Positions 26,761 to 35,752 of a stretch of DNA of 48,018 nt are shown in pieces. The notes beneath the pieces were generated by a model. It did no database searches, was not told where the DNA came from, and saw nothing but the letters and a program-made list of their open reading frames with translations. This DNA comes from an uncultured Rickettsiales bacterium. Lineage in GTDB: Bacteria; Pseudomonadota; Alphaproteobacteria; Rickettsiales; SXRF01. How positions within the stretch are numbered: the stretch's first letter is position 1; each line of letters opens with the position of its first letter. The stretch covers positions 1 through 48,018 of the forward strand of contig CAYPEF010000003.1 in NCBI GenBank assembly GCA_964409675.1, given 5' to 3'. The position numbers and the translations under genes were made by a program.

Positions 26761-27894
26761 TTATCCCCGCGCATCGCAAAGCCGCTGCACGGGCCGTGTG
26801 ATCGCGGCGCGCAGACCAGCCTCCGGCATCGCTGCCCCGGCGGTAAAGTCCCCCAGAATCTCGCGCAGAACCTTCTGCTGTTCGGCAAGCGCTTTATCCG
26901 CGAAGCGCACGAGCATTGCGTGCGCCTCTTGCCGGGTGATAGCCGGAACCATCTCCACATTGGCCTGACCGGTGCATTTATCCCATAAGCCCCGCCAGCC
27001 GCCCGCTTTGGCAGCCGGTGCCTCCGGCACGCTGGCCACCAGCGCCCGGGCGGCGAAATGCAGTGCCAGCGTTGCTTGATGATCATCCGCCGCCTGGCGC
27101 ATGGCAGCGGCATACAGAAAGGCGCGGCGCTGCTGCATCAGGCGCGTACGCATCTCCACTGGCAGCGCGGCGAAGGACGGCCAGCGCACGATAAAATGCT
27201 CGCTGTCGGCCATGGCACGCTCCAGCGTCACCATGTCATAAAGCGCCCGCCACGGGCAGAACCGCTCCGGGCGGTCAGGCTGGAAGAAGCCTTCGCGCAC
27301 GTCATACAGCCAGAAGGAAGCATCACGCGCCCGGATTTTCTGCCCCAGCGGAGCTGGTCTGGCATGGACTGCGCCATGCTTTGCCAGTTGCGCCAACGTC
27401 TCCCATTGCCCCATCAGCCCGTATTCGGTGGCACGCACTGCGCGCATGGCGGCGGCGCGGCGCATCAGCATGATTCCCGGCGAGAGGTGAGTAAGAAAAT
27501 GCCGCTTCCACTCTGTGGTGCCCGGTGCATTGCCCATCACCACGGCAATCTCCTTCCGGGCACGCATGGCGGCGGCAAATAGGTCGTCAAAGTAAACCGT
27601 ATCTGATGCATCTGCCAGCAAAAGCCACTCACCCTGCGCCTGACGCATGAGTGCCTGCAACGCGTGATTATAGGCCAACCCGTCTGCTTTAAAAATACGC
27701 GCTGGCAGTGAAGACGGATTGGCGTCGGCATAGATCAGCAATTCTGCCTTCCCCCTGCTCAGCAGAGGCAACAGCGCGTCCTGATGGCGCGCCAGAAATG
27801 CCGATGCCGCATGCCCATGCACACATAGGGAAACGAGCGGTGCTACTACCACACGGATAATTCCGGCACGGCGGTGACAAATTGCCCGCCCCAC
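26761..27894 (-). CDS. Hypothetical protein, weak GT-A-like N-terminus
   Basis: VSLCVHGH..., YNHALQALMRQAQGEWLLLADASD is reminiscent of the GT2 nucleotide-binding region. Start uncertain (49-nt overlap with the upstream gene as drawn). Confidence 0.4.
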   Translation of the reverse strand: MGRAICHRRAGIIRVVVAPLVSLCVHGHAASAFLARHQDALLPLLSRGKAELLIYADANPSSLPARIFKADGLAYNHALQALMRQAQGEWLLLADASDTVYFDDLFAAAMRARKEIAVVMGNAPGTTEWKRHFLTHLSPGIMLMRRAAAMRAVRATEYGLMGQWETLAQLAKHGAVHARPAPLGQKIRARDASFWLYDVREGFFQPDRPERFCPWRALYDMVTLERAMADSEHFIVRWPSFAALPVEMRTRLMQQRRAFLYAAAMRQAADDHQATLALHFAARALVASVPEAPAAKAGGWRGLWDKCTGQANVEMVPAITRQEAHAMLVRFADKALAEQQKVLREILGDFTAGAAMPEAGLRAAITRPVQRLCDARG

Positions 27895-29120
27895 TGGCGG
27901 ATATAATCATGCTGGACGCTAATTTCCTGGCGGATATTCCACGGCAGGATCAACACATAATCCGGCTTGTCGCGCCTTAACATCTCCGGCGCATAAACCG
28001 GCAGACCGGAACCGGGTAAAAAACACTTTTGCTTTTCCGGGTTCATATCCACCGTATAGGCCAGCAGATCTGGCCGGATACCGCAGAAATTAAGCAGCGT
28101 GTTGCCCTTGGCAGGTGCACCATACCCCGCCACACGCTTACCCTCTTCTTGCGCCTTCAGTAAAAAGCGCAACAGTTCATGTTTAATCCGTTCCGCCTTC
28201 GCCTGCAACCCGGCATACGCCTCCGGCGTATCCGGCGATTCCTTCAGCAACGCATCCAGACGCAGCGTCGGCATATGCGCCGCTCCGCTCAGGCAGGCAT
28301 AGACGCGCAGCGATCCGCCATGCGTGGCAATCCGCTCGGCATCGAATACACGCACGCCGTGTAGCGCGAACAAACGCTGCACCACGGCAAGCGACAGATA
28401 GGAAAAATGCTCATGATAAATTGTATCGAACTGGCCTTCGCTGAGTAAATTGGCCACATCCGGGAATTCAACCGTCACCACGCCTTCCGGCTTCAGAAGC
28501 CGCGCCATGCCAGCCACGAAATCATTAATATCGGGCACATGCGCCAGCACGTTATTGGCGGCAATCAGATCAGCTTTGCGCCCCTGCGCCGCCAGCTCAT
28601 GCGCCAGCTTCTCGCCAAAAAAACGGGCGATGGTTTCAATGCCGTGCCGGGCGCGAGCGATGGCAGCCACATTCTCCGCCGGTTCAATGCCCAGCGCTGG
28701 AACGCCAAGCGCTTTAACATGCCGCAGCAAGTATCCGTCATTACTGGCAATTTCCACCACCAGCGAGTTTGCGTCGAGTGCAAAACGCTCTGCCATCTGC
28801 ACTACATACATACGCGCATGTTCCACCATGGTGGAAGCAACAGAGGAGAAATAACGATAGCCGCTAAAGAGCTGTTCCGGCGCAATATTGCAGGTAAGCT
28901 GCATCAAGCGGCACTGCGCGCAGAGTACGGCATGCAGCGGGTAGAACAGCTCCGACTCCCGCGCCTGTGCTGAAGCACGGTAGGCATTGGCAATCGGCGA
29001 CATGCCAAGATCCACCACCGAGTAAAACTCAGCATCCCCGCACATGCGGCAACACATATCATCAAAAGATAGTTTTTTCAGAGCATTATTTTTATCTCTT
29101 AAAGCAGGTTCAGCCCGCAT
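27846..29120 (-). CDS. NDP-hexose C-methyltransferase (TylCIII/EryBIII-like; Zn-ribbon plus class I MT plus C-terminal domain)
   Basis: CRMCG...VVDLGMSPIANAY...YPLHAVLCAQCRLMQL...LFSGYRYFSSVAS, EIASNDGYLL, FDTIYHEHFSYLSL, HGGSLRVYA. Start trimmed to M31 (29120). Confidence 0.75.
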   Translation of the reverse strand: MRAEPALRDKNNALKKLSFDDMCCRMCGDAEFYSVVDLGMSPIANAYRASAQARESELFYPLHAVLCAQCRLMQLTCNIAPEQLFSGYRYFSSVASTMVEHARMYVVQMAERFALDANSLVVEIASNDGYLLRHVKALGVPALGIEPAENVAAIARARHGIETIARFFGEKLAHELAAQGRKADLIAANNVLAHVPDINDFVAGMARLLKPEGVVTVEFPDVANLLSEGQFDTIYHEHFSYLSLAVVQRLFALHGVRVFDAERIATHGGSLRVYACLSGAAHMPTLRLDALLKESPDTPEAYAGLQAKAERIKHELLRFLLKAQEEGKRVAGYGAPAKGNTLLNFCGIRPDLLAYTVDMNPEKQKCFLPGSGLPVYAPEMLRRDKPDYVLILPWNIRQEISVQHDYIRQWGGQFVTAVPELSVW

Positions 29121-30171
29121 CGGCCAGATACTCCTCGGTGTGACGGAAGGCAAGCGCGGCAGCGTCTTTCCCAGCAAGATAGGTTTTATACCAATCCGCC
29201 GTGCGCTCAAGCCCTTTGGCTAAAGTCCATACCGGCTTCCAGCCCAGCTGCTGTTGCGCCTTGGCAGCATCAATCGCGAGCAGGCCCGCCTCATACGGCC
29301 CGGCATGCGGCGGCGTTTCCACGCGCACACTCTCCCCCATGAAGCTATGAAAGGCGGCGATCAGCTCGCCCACCGGCAGCGTATCCTCCACGCCAGGGCC
29401 GATATTCCAGGCTTCTGCGTAAGCCTTCGGTTGCTGTGCCAGATGTTCGGCCAGCATCAGGTACGCACGCACCGGTTCCAGCACGAACTGCCAGGGCCGC
29501 GTCGCCTGCGGATGGCGCAAACACAGCGGCGCACCGGAGATACAGGCGCGGATATAATCCGGCAGCAGCCGGTCCGGCGAGAAATCGCCGCCGCCGATGA
29601 TATTGCCCGCCCGCGCCGTTGCCAGCCCGATGGATTTCGGCGCAAAATACGACGCCCGGTAGGCCTGCACGGCGATTTCCGCCGCCGCTTTGCTGCCGCC
29701 ATACGGCTCCAGCCCGCCAAGCTCATCATCTTCGCGGTACGGCTGGCTGCGCTCCTTGTTCACATAGACTTTATCGGTGGTGGCAATCACAACCGATTGT
29801 ACGGCAGCGCATTCGCGCAGCGCCTCCAGCAGGTGCACCGTGCCCATCACGTTGGTGGCAAAGGTTTCCACCGGGGCGGCGTGCGCCCTGCGCACCAGGC
29901 TCTCCGCCGCCAGATGAAACACCACTTCCGGCTGCGCCCGCTGCACCGCTTCACGCACGCTTGCATAATCGCGCATATCGGCAATGGTTGAATCAAGTGA
30001 AAGCTGTGGCTCCAGCAGCCCATAGAGCGAGGGCGACTCCGCCGCCCGCGCCAGCCCATGCACGCGCGCGCCCAGCACCTGCAACGCCGCCGCCAGCCAT
30101 GCGCCCACAAAGCCGGTATGGCCGGTAATCAGCACGGGGCGCTGATGCCAGAAGGATTTCGTCACGCGCAA
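29110..30171 (-). CDS. rfbG: CDP-glucose 4,6-dehydratase
   Basis: FWHQRPVLITGHTGFVGAWL, YGGSKAAAE (YxxxK), RAGNIIGGGDF and size typical of RfbG. Directly downstream of rfbF. Confidence 0.85.
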   Translation of the reverse strand: MRVTKSFWHQRPVLITGHTGFVGAWLAAALQVLGARVHGLARAAESPSLYGLLEPQLSLDSTIADMRDYASVREAVQRAQPEVVFHLAAESLVRRAHAAPVETFATNVMGTVHLLEALRECAAVQSVVIATTDKVYVNKERSQPYREDDELGGLEPYGGSKAAAEIAVQAYRASYFAPKSIGLATARAGNIIGGGDFSPDRLLPDYIRACISGAPLCLRHPQATRPWQFVLEPVRAYLMLAEHLAQQPKAYAEAWNIGPGVEDTLPVGELIAAFHSFMGESVRVETPPHAGPYEAGLLAIDAAKAQQQLGWKPVWTLAKGLERTADWYKTYLAGKDAAALAFRHTEEYLADAG

Positions 30172-30971
30172 GCAGCAACCGACTTGGAGGCGGCTTTATC
30201 CCATAGCTGCCACTCCGCCTGCCCGGAGCTCCAGATCTCGTTCAGCAATTGCATCTCGCGGTAGGTATCCATGCACTGCCAGAAGCCGTGATGCTGGTGC
30301 ACGGAGAGTTGCTTTGCATCCGTAAGCTCCTCCAGCAGACCATTTTCCAGCGTTACATTCTGATCCACCGGAATCCGCTCAATCGCGGCGCACTCAAATA
30401 CGAAAAACCCACCATTAATCCAGCCCGCCGCCACCTGCGGCTTCTCGACAAAACTATTTACCGCACCATCGCATATATCCAACTCGCCGAAGCGCGAGGA
30501 CGGATGCACGGCGGTAACGGTGGCGAGCTTGCCACTGGCGCGGTGCGCATTTAAGAGCTGATCAAGGTCCACGTTGCTCACACCGTCACCGTAGGTGGCG
30601 AAAAACCGCTCGCCGCTGATAAAGGGCAGCGCCATGCGCAGGCGCGAGCCGGTCAGCGTTTCCTGCCCGGTATCGATGAAGGAAATCCGCCAGTCGAGCG
30701 CGCCGTCATCGTCATATTTGGTAATGCTGTTATCGGCCATGTCCAGCCGGCAATTGAACTGGCGTACGTTGTAATTCAGGAAATAATCGCGGATCATGCC
30801 GCCCTTGTAGCCAAGGCAGAGCACAAAATCGCGCACGCCGAAATGGCGGTAATATTTCATGATATGCCACAAAATCGGCTTATCGCCGATCTTCACCAGT
30901 GGCTTGGGCTTGAATTCGGTTTCTTCGCGCAGCCGGGTGCCCTGCCCGCCGCAGAGAATCACGGCTTCCAT
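30162..30971 (-). CDS. rfbF: Glucose-1-phosphate cytidylyltransferase
   Basis: MEAVILCGGQGTRLREETEFKPKPLVKIGDKPILWHIMKYY... and WQCMDTYRE are hallmark RfbF blocks. Confidence 0.9.
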   Translation of the reverse strand: MEAVILCGGQGTRLREETEFKPKPLVKIGDKPILWHIMKYYRHFGVRDFVLCLGYKGGMIRDYFLNYNVRQFNCRLDMADNSITKYDDDGALDWRISFIDTGQETLTGSRLRMALPFISGERFFATYGDGVSNVDLDQLLNAHRASGKLATVTAVHPSSRFGELDICDGAVNSFVEKPQVAAGWINGGFFVFECAAIERIPVDQNVTLENGLLEELTDAKQLSVHQHHGFWQCMDTYREMQLLNEIWSSGQAEWQLWDKAASKSVAACA

Positions 30972-31107
30972 GCTGACTCTGCTCCATTTTTACATTCAGG
31001 GCCGTTTTAGCACAGCGCGCAAAGGCTGGCTAGGCAAGTTTCACTGGCGTTAAGCCCGCGATCATGCTCTATAAAAACCCTAACGAAACGGAGTTTTTTG
31101 CCCTACC

Positions 31108-32727
31108 ATGCTCATTCTCGGCCTGCACAAGGACCCTTGGCACAATACCGGCGCCTGCGCCATCTCCAACGCCTCCGGCACCCCCCAGATTGCCTACCTC
31201 GCCGAGGAACGGCTGGACCGGGTGAAGGATTCCCGCGCTTTCCCGGCCCTTTCCACCGCCGCCGTGCTGAAGGAAGTAGGCGCATCCGCATCCCAGCAGG
31301 CGGACATGGTGGTGCTGGACTACATCATGCACCCGGATATCACCGCCGATTACCACTGCACCCCCTGCCGGAAAGATACGTTCTTGCATGCAATGCCAGC
31401 GGAGAACATCCACATCATCAACCACCACCTCGCCCATGCGGCATCAGTATTTTATTCCTCGCCGTTTAATGAATCCGCTATCCTCATCGTAGACGGGCGC
31501 GGATCAGACAAGGAAACGCAAAGCCTCTTCATCGGCACCGACCGGGGGATTGAACGCATCGCCAGCACCTCCACCATCGGCATCGGTCTGCTCTATGCAG
31601 CCGTCACCCATGCCATCGGCTTCGGACTACTGCAAGAAGGCAAGACCATGGGCCTTGCCCCTTACGGCGCTGGAATCACCAAAAACATTCTGCCCATTCC
31701 ACATGCATACGATGGCATCGTCACCGACTACAGCGCTCTCTGCATTGACGGCAGCTATGATCTGCGCAGCCTTCTTTCGCCCATTGAACGCGAGGAAGAC
31801 AAGGCACGTGCCGCCTTTGAAGTGCAGGAAGAATGCGAGCGCGCCATGCTGCACCTCGCCCGCTATGCCCGCGAAGCCACCGGCATGCGACATTTGTGCA
31901 TCTCCGGCGGCGTTGGGCTTAACTCGGTCGCTAATTATAAAATCCTGCAATCCGGCATATTTGATGACGTATTCATCAATCCCGCCGCCTCCGATACCGG
32001 CATTCCGCTCGGCTGCGCGCTCTATGGCTATCATGCCATTGCCAAGGCCCCTCGCTTGCCGGGCACCCTCCCGGCCTATCTCGGCCCGGATTATGACGAC
32101 GCGGCCTGTGCGCAGGCGCTTAGCGGCGCTTCGAACATGGTGGTGATTGAAGAAAATGCCGTGCAAGAAGCGGCGCGCCTGCTTGCCGCCAACCAGATCG
32201 TCGCCTGCTGCTGGGGCCGCTCCGAGATGGGTCCGCGCGCGCTGGGAAACCGCAGCATTTTCATGAGCCCACTCAAAGCTGAGAATAAGGATATCCTAAA
32301 TTACCGCGTCAAGCACCGCGAGGGCTTCCGCCCGTTCGCGCCCGCCATTTTAGCCGAGCATACGCAGGAGTATTTCGAGATCGACCGCGAAAGCCCTTTC
32401 ATGCTGCTGGTGCCGACGGTGAAGCCAGATAAGCGCACCATCATCCCCGCGGTCACCCATGCCGACGGCACCGGGCGGCTGCAAACAGTGTCGGCGCAAG
32501 ACAATCCGCGCTTCTACGCGCTCATCCAGGCCTTCCAGCACCACACGCAGGTACCGGTGCTGCTCAATACCTCGTTCAACGTGGCGGGCGAGCCGATTGT
32601 GGAAACTCCCGCCGACGCACTGCGCTGCATGCAGGGCACCGAGATCGATGCGCTGCTGCTGGGATCCCGGCTGGTGGTGAAACAGGCCGTATGGGAGCGC
32701 ATGCACCCCAGCCGCCACGTGGCGTAA
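31108..32727 (+). CDS. Carbamoyltransferase (NodU/CmcH family)
   Basis: ILGLHKDPWHNTGACAI, HHLAHAASVFYSSPF, GRSEMGPRALGNRSI, FRPFAP, NTSFNVAGEPIV. Confidence 0.85.
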   Translation: MLILGLHKDPWHNTGACAISNASGTPQIAYLAEERLDRVKDSRAFPALSTAAVLKEVGASASQQADMVVLDYIMHPDITADYHCTPCRKDTFLHAMPAENIHIINHHLAHAASVFYSSPFNESAILIVDGRGSDKETQSLFIGTDRGIERIASTSTIGIGLLYAAVTHAIGFGLLQEGKTMGLAPYGAGITKNILPIPHAYDGIVTDYSALCIDGSYDLRSLLSPIEREEDKARAAFEVQEECERAMLHLARYAREATGMRHLCISGGVGLNSVANYKILQSGIFDDVFINPAASDTGIPLGCALYGYHAIAKAPRLPGTLPAYLGPDYDDAACAQALSGASNMVVIEENAVQEAARLLAANQIVACCWGRSEMGPRALGNRSIFMSPLKAENKDILNYRVKHREGFRPFAPAILAEHTQEYFEIDRESPFMLLVPTVKPDKRTIIPAVTHADGTGRLQTVSAQDNPRFYALIQAFQHHTQVPVLLNTSFNVAGEPIVETPADALRCMQGTEIDALLLGSRLVVKQAVWERMHPSRHVA

Positions 32728-32730
32728 CCC

Positions 32731-33843
32731 ATGCAAGCCGCCATCGCCCTTGATGATTACGCCAACAGCATGTTCCGCTTCGAGCATCTGCATGATGGCT
32801 GGATCGATGCCTGCGCCGCTTATTTAACGCATATTTTCGGCCCCCGCCTGCATGGCGCGTGCGTGATTGACTATGCATTCGGGCGCGGCAACTGGTCGGT
32901 TGCGTTCCTGCGCGCGGGCGCGAAGGAAGTGACCGCCATCGACGCCTCCGCCAGCAACGTGCAGCGCTTCAGCGCTTATTGCACAGCGAACGGGCTGAAG
33001 CGCATTAAGGTGATTGAAGGCAATGTGTGCGAAGCGCCGGTGGAGGCACAGGGCGATATTCTCTGGCTATACGGCATCCTCCCCGCCATTCCCGATCAAT
33101 CAGGCTTCCTTGCAAAAACCCTCTCCCTGCTCTCTCCTGCCCCAGAAGCGCTGGTGCTGGCCTACGGCTACAACCGCAGCAGCCTGCGGCACTGGCTCGT
33201 GAACGCTGCGCGCGCCTGCCTCACCTACCCCGACGAAATATCTTTCCGCGCCGACAGCCTGGCCTTTACCCCTCCCGCTCGCCTGCGCGCCCGCGACGAC
33301 CTGACCGCCCCGCATGTGGAATGGCACAGCGCGCAGGAAATGGCGGTGTTATTCGCTCCCTTTAGGTTTGCGCCCCTCAAGCAGGTGAAGGATTTCCGCA
33401 TTTTTTCGCAAAACTGGTCGGAAGAAGAATTCAGCCCGCAGCATGTGCTGTTCGCACGCGGCGCGCAGGGCATTGCCCTGCAAGAGCCGGAAAATCCTTA
33501 CCATGCGGATATTGCGCTGTTAGACCAGTGCTACCGCTGCCTGCTGCCCGCGCTCAGCGCACCGGAACGAAAGGCGCTGGCCATCGGCCTGTTCAATACG
33601 CACTTCAGCGCACTGGGCGCAAAAGGAGAAGCAGGGGAAAGCATTAAGCAGTTGTTCCTGCTGCTACTGTACGGGCTGATGAACAAGCATATCCCCGCCG
33701 AGCAATTCGCCAATGCCGACGGGCGCGCGCTTTACCTGCTAGCCCAGCACGCACTAAAAAACCAGCCGCGCCCGCCGCTGGATAGTGCGCTGGCACATAC
33801 GCAGCTCACCCGCTGGCTATGCGAACAAAGCATCCGCATTTAA
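32731..33843 (+). CDS. Class I SAM-dependent methyltransferase with a C-terminal helical extension
   Basis: VIDYAFGRGNWSVAFLRAGAKEVTAIDAS (motifs I/II). 3-nt spacer after the carbamoyltransferase. Confidence 0.6.
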   Translation: MQAAIALDDYANSMFRFEHLHDGWIDACAAYLTHIFGPRLHGACVIDYAFGRGNWSVAFLRAGAKEVTAIDASASNVQRFSAYCTANGLKRIKVIEGNVCEAPVEAQGDILWLYGILPAIPDQSGFLAKTLSLLSPAPEALVLAYGYNRSSLRHWLVNAARACLTYPDEISFRADSLAFTPPARLRARDDLTAPHVEWHSAQEMAVLFAPFRFAPLKQVKDFRIFSQNWSEEEFSPQHVLFARGAQGIALQEPENPYHADIALLDQCYRCLLPALSAPERKALAIGLFNTHFSALGAKGEAGESIKQLFLLLLYGLMNKHIPAEQFANADGRALYLLAQHALKNQPRPPLDSALAHTQLTRWLCEQSIRI

Positions 33844-33850
33844 GCGGCAA

Positions 33851-34585
33851 TCAGCGCGCACCGGTTACGCTGATGATGGAACCGGAAACATACGACGCCT
33901 TCTCAGACAGCAGCCACGCAACCGCCTCCGCTACTTCATCCGCAGAGCCAAGGCGTCCCAGCGGGATTGAGGATTTTAAGCCCTCGAGCCGTTCAGGCGT
34001 GGCAGCCGCATGCGCATCGGTATCAATCACCCCTGGGCTGACCGCATTTACACGGATATTATAGGCCGCCAGTTCCCGCGCCAGTCCGATAGTAAGCGTA
34101 TTCACCGCTCCCTTGGAGGCCGCATACCCGGCAATGCGGTTGCCGCCGAATTTTGCCGCCTCGGAAGAAATATTAACAATAGCGCCGCCGCTTGCGCGCA
34201 TGCGCTTTACCGCCTCATGGCAGCACAGCATTACCCCGCCCACATTCACCGCCAGCGTCTGCATGAGATTGGCATAGCTTACATGCTCGGCGGTGCCGGT
34301 ATTGGGCAGGTTGACGGCGGCGTTATTCACCAGCGCCGTCACCGGCCCGAGCGAGGCGTCAATGCGGGAAAACAGGGCGATAATATCGGCTTCGCTGCCC
34401 ATATCCGCCTGCGCGGCGATCGCCTTGCCGCCGCTGCGCTCAATCTCCGCCACCACCGCCTCGGCCTGCGCACGCTGGCTATGGTAATTGACGCATACGG
34501 CGTAGCCTTCCCGCGCCAGCGTTTTCGCCACCGCCGCGCCGATACCACGGCTGGCGCCGGTGACGAGCGCAACCTTAGGCGGCAT
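33851..34585 (-). CDS. Classical SDR oxidoreductase
   Basis: ALVTGASRGIGAAV (TGxxxGxG), NNAA, YAASKGAV (YxxxK). Confidence 0.85.
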   Translation of the reverse strand: MPPKVALVTGASRGIGAAVAKTLAREGYAVCVNYHSQRAQAEAVVAEIERSGGKAIAAQADMGSEADIIALFSRIDASLGPVTALVNNAAVNLPNTGTAEHVSYANLMQTLAVNVGGVMLCCHEAVKRMRASGGAIVNISSEAAKFGGNRIAGYAASKGAVNTLTIGLARELAAYNIRVNAVSPGVIDTDAHAAATPERLEGLKSSIPLGRLGSADEVAEAVAWLLSEKASYVSGSIISVTGAR

Positions 34586-35585
34586 CGCGCTTCTGCTTCA
34601 TCGCCGGGTCGTTGAAGGCAATGTAGCGCTTATCCGCGTCATTGCGGTTAGCCACATACCAGGCAATGGTTTCCTTGATGCCTTCTTCAATGGAAACTTC
34701 GCATGCAAAGCCGTACCCTGCCGCGCGCGTCATATCCATCAAGCGTTTTTTATCGCCGGCGGGCTTGTCCTTGTCCCAGACAATCGGCACCGGGCCGCCG
34801 GGTACGTGCTTGGCCACCATTTCAGCCACTTCGCGAATGGTCACGCCCGCGCCGGAGCCCAGATTAATCGGCTCGTTAATGCCTTTTTCCACCGCCAGCA
34901 TCATGCCCCGCGCCACGTCGCGCGCATGGATGAAATCGCGGATGGGAGAGCCATCACCCCAGACGGTCAGCGGATTTTCGCCTTCCACGGCGCGCCGTAT
35001 CAGCGAGGGAATCACCATGGCGTTTTCAGGGTCGAAATTATCATACGGCCCGTACACATTGGCCGGGCGCACGATAGAGATTTTATCCCAGCCATATTCA
35101 ATCTTGTAGGCTTCCGCCTGCAATTCGCCCATGCGCTTGGCCCACCCGGCGAAGCGGTCGTTCGGCGAGGGGAAGGTCGTCCAGACGCTATCTTCATAAA
35201 ACACCTCGGCAGGCTGATACACGCCCACCGAGCTGGTGAACAGGAACCGCTCCGCCCCGCTCCTGCGCGCCGCTTCCATCATGTTGATGGAAAACTGCAT
35301 GGTCGGCACAAAGAAGCTGGCCGGGCGCTTGGCGGTCATGGCGGGGGAGCCTTTCACGCCCGCCAGCTGGAACACGATTTCCTTGCCCTTGCACACACTC
35401 ATGCAGCTCTCAAACTCGCGCAAATCCGCCTTCACGAATGTGCAGCCCTTCGGCGCGCGGCTGGGGTCATCCAGCGACACCACGGATACGTTGGCGCCTT
35501 GTGCAATCAGCATTTCCACTAAAGGCCGGCCAATCAGTCCGGTGCCGCCAGTAACAAGTACGTTCTTTCCCTGATAAAATCCCAT
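34575..35585 (-). CDS. Extended-SDR NAD-dependent epimerase/dehydratase family protein (non-canonical active-site motif)
   Basis: VLVTGGTGLIGRPL, RPANVYGPYDNF. The expected YxxxK position reads FAGWAK. Start trimmed to MGFYQGK (35585), which has an AAGGA SD. Confidence 0.7.
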   Translation of the reverse strand: MGFYQGKNVLVTGGTGLIGRPLVEMLIAQGANVSVVSLDDPSRAPKGCTFVKADLREFESCMSVCKGKEIVFQLAGVKGSPAMTAKRPASFFVPTMQFSINMMEAARRSGAERFLFTSSVGVYQPAEVFYEDSVWTTFPSPNDRFAGWAKRMGELQAEAYKIEYGWDKISIVRPANVYGPYDNFDPENAMVIPSLIRRAVEGENPLTVWGDGSPIRDFIHARDVARGMMLAVEKGINEPINLGSGAGVTIREVAEMVAKHVPGGPVPIVWDKDKPAGDKKRLMDMTRAAGYGFACEVSIEEGIKETIAWYVANRNDADKRYIAFNDPAMKQKRDAA

Positions 35586-35752
35586 TTTCACCATCCTTAT
35601 GAATATGAACCCGCAAGCTACAGCCCCCGCCGGCAAACGCAACCCGAAAATGCACGCCTGCCAAGGCATACGCGCCTTTTTCATACAAGCGCTTTACCGA
35701 GGCGTTCAATCGCCCTACAAGCACGCAAGCAGAACTACGAAAGGAATCCTGC

